Shown here in pieces: positions 44,901-47,900 of a stretch of DNA of 64,000 bases. Source of the DNA: Candidatus Omnitrophota bacterium (GTDB taxonomy: Bacteria; Omnitrophota; Omnitrophia; Omnitrophales; Aquincolibacteriaceae); assembly GCA_035352955.1 (NCBI GenBank), contig DAOPYQ010000001.1, positions 101,536 to 165,535 of the forward strand, read 5' to 3'. A program made the translations under genes and the position numbers. The notes beneath the pieces are model-generated. The model ran no database searches and was not told the DNA's origin. It saw only the letters and a program-made list of their open reading frames with translations. The stretch's first letter is position 1; each line of letters opens with the position of its first letter.

Positions 44901-47900
44901 TACGGAGAACCTGCGCCGGACGGGTCCTGGATCACGCTGCAAAATCACTCACGCGATCCTTTTGAGGTGTACGACGTCAGGCGGGAGGTCAGCCTCAAGC
45001 TTCCGTTTGAAAGCCGATACGTCAGCGATGTCCGTTTTTCCCCGGACAGCCGGCGTATATCATTCGAATCCCGGGATCCGGATGATCTTGGGCGCCGTCA
45101 GGTTATTGACCTTGAAGCGTTCCGTGAGAACGGTTTTCTTAACAAATTATCGCAGACGGAGGAAGGCCCGAGTCTCCTGTTCCTGCTCTTCCGGAACGGG
45201 TTCTTTCAGCGCCAGGAGGCGGAGCCGTTCTTCGAATTAATGAAGGGGCTTCATCGGCCGAGGTTGGTCACACTGCCTCTCATGAAGTTCTTCACGACCT
45301 ATTATTACGAGAAAGAAGTGCCTGCCTATGTGGTCCGGGCGCCAGGAGTCCCTTTTGCCGACATTGCGGAAGCAATCGGGAGATTTTCGGAGGAAGCGCT
45401 TCGGGTGAAGGCAGAGTCAGGCGAACAAGCCGCAGTCCGGAATTTTGCGGCGCGTCTGGATCAATTCGAAGAACAGACCCTGGCCCGTCAGACGCGAGGG
45501 GAAGCGCAGTTGGTTTCCGGTCCTCAGGTCCCGAAGGTGGAGAGTGAAGGGAAATTGTGGTTTGAAACTCCAACGACGGATGACGGAGGTCGGATAGCGG
45601 AGGACGGAAGGCAAAAGGCAAAGGGTTTGACGTCCTCCGTCCTCCGTCCTCCGAAATCCGTAAGCGAAGATGGCAGCCGCGCCGAGCTTCGCAAGCTTCT
45701 GGAGGATCTCCGCGCGTTGGGGATCCGTGTTAAGGACTGGATCCTTTACCAAACGGTCTATCGATGGGTTTATTTTCATCCGATCATCAGGATCCGGGCC
45801 CTGTGGGCCGGGATTCTGAGCCTGGGAACGCGGGAAGGGCAGCTAAGGATTCTTTATCGATTCAAATACCGCCGGCAGATCCGCGAGATCCGGAAAGAGA
45901 TCTTACAATACGCGAAGGCGACGCACATGTTCAAACAGGACAAGGACCTGGCTCTCGGGGGATTCCGCCGGTTCGTGAAATACGGATTGGTCCTGGTGAA
46001 GGATGCCGCGGAGCGGGAAGAGCTTTTGGCGCTTTGCGCGCGGCTCCCCGGGCATTCCGGAAGCCAGATTTCCGTCGTTTGTATGCTTTTGGCCAGGGCG
46101 ATGGATCCCATCCTGATCCTTTTCCCTGGGCGTTCCGACCGGCATCGGGTCTTTCAACTGATCGAGAACCTTTCCCGGTACAGCGATCGTTCCTGGGGAT
46201 TTATGTCGGTAGCGCATTTGATAGAAGCTTTGGAAACGATCGTGGAATCTCAAAATCGGGACCGGAGAGAAGCGCTGATGCGGTACATGGAAGAATTCGG
46301 TCAAGAGACTGCCGGGATTCAGGATCCCGAGGCGCTGGAGAAGACATCTTTGCGCACTTGTCAAAATATCCTTCAGCTGGCCGATCAGGCCGATGCCCGT
46401 CAGACGCGGGGGGAGCCGCAAGGAACGGGACTCGAACCTTCCGCCCCAGGAGCGTCGGCGGACAGGCAGAATCCGGGACTCGGAGAAAAAGAAGGGAAGT
46501 TGTGGTTTGAAACGGCAAAACCGGATGACGGAAAACGGATAACGGATGGCGTAAAGCCTGGTTTTTCGCCATCCGAAAGCCTTCATCCTTCTTCCAAAGA
46601 TGACGGACGGCTCAAGGCAAAGGTTTTGACGTCCTCCGACATCCGTCCTCCGTTATCCTCCGCCGACGGCGGCGAACGGGCGGAGATCCGTAGCGCGGTG
46701 CAACGATCTACGGAGAAAGCGGTATTAGAAGCGAAGATCTTGTCCGCTCGGAGCAAGATTTATCGTTATTCAAGGGAGCATTTTAATTATGCCGGGGAGA
46801 AGGAATCCCAACTGGTGCGGATGGATGACGAGATCCGAAAATTTTTGATGGCTTTCAACGGCGCGGCGGAACGGAAAGCCCTGTTGGAAATATTGCAGAG
46901 CCTTTTTCGCTGTTGGAAAAAGGATGAAACTATGAATCCCTTTGCTTTATGGAGTGTGATCGCCACCTGGAATGCGGCATTGTCGGTCTATCCCGAAGGC
47001 GTGCTGCGGGGCATGATCGCAAGATTCATAGAAATCTTTTCGCAATATTTAGAAGAGGTGTCGGGGATGGATCTGGATATTACCGGATTTAAAGATGCTT
47101 TGATCTCTATTCATGGCGCAGCTGCCGATGGCAATGGTCCCTTGATGGCGGGTGTTTTTTCCGAGTTTTCTGAGGATGCGGGAGGGTTTTCCGATGCTCC
47201 GACAGCCGCAAAGGCTGTGAAAAGGGTGTATCAAGAAGTTTTCCGTGTGCTTGATCAAATAAGCTCCCGTGCGGCGCGGGGAGAAGCGCAGCCGGTTCCA
47301 AGTTCCCAGTCCCAGGCCCGTGAGGACAAGGAAGGGAAGTTGTGGCTTGAAATTCCAACGACGGATGACGGATCCCACGGGACTGCTTCGCCGGATCGGA
47401 GGACGGAGGACGGAAGGCTAAAGGCAAAGGGTTTTCCGACATCCGACATCCGTCCTCCGAAATCCGTAAGCGAAGATGGCAGCCGCGCAGAGCTTAAAGC
47501 GCAGCGCACAACGAAAAACGGAGCCCCAACGTTGACCGTTTCGCGTAGTACGTCGAACGCGGACGAAGTCCGCCGCGCCGAGCGGCGTTTCAGTGACGCG
47601 GAATATGCGACGGCGTATGAGAAACTCAAGTATTTCACTTCGATGGGGTTTGGGGCGCAGCAAGTCGCGGTCTCGGAGCACCTTAGGCGGGGAGTTGTGG
47701 AATACCGAGATGGGAGCGTCAGGGTTTTTGATCTTGAGACCGGGAAGGAGGGCGCGAAGCTCAACCTTGGCCCGGAGAGGGATCACTTGAAGATCGCGCC
47801 TAACGGTCGCTCCATCGCGGTCAAGTATAAGGACAACCGGTGGAAGATAGTCAGTTTGGAGACCGGTGCCGTAGTCTTCAATTTTACACCGGAAGATAAT

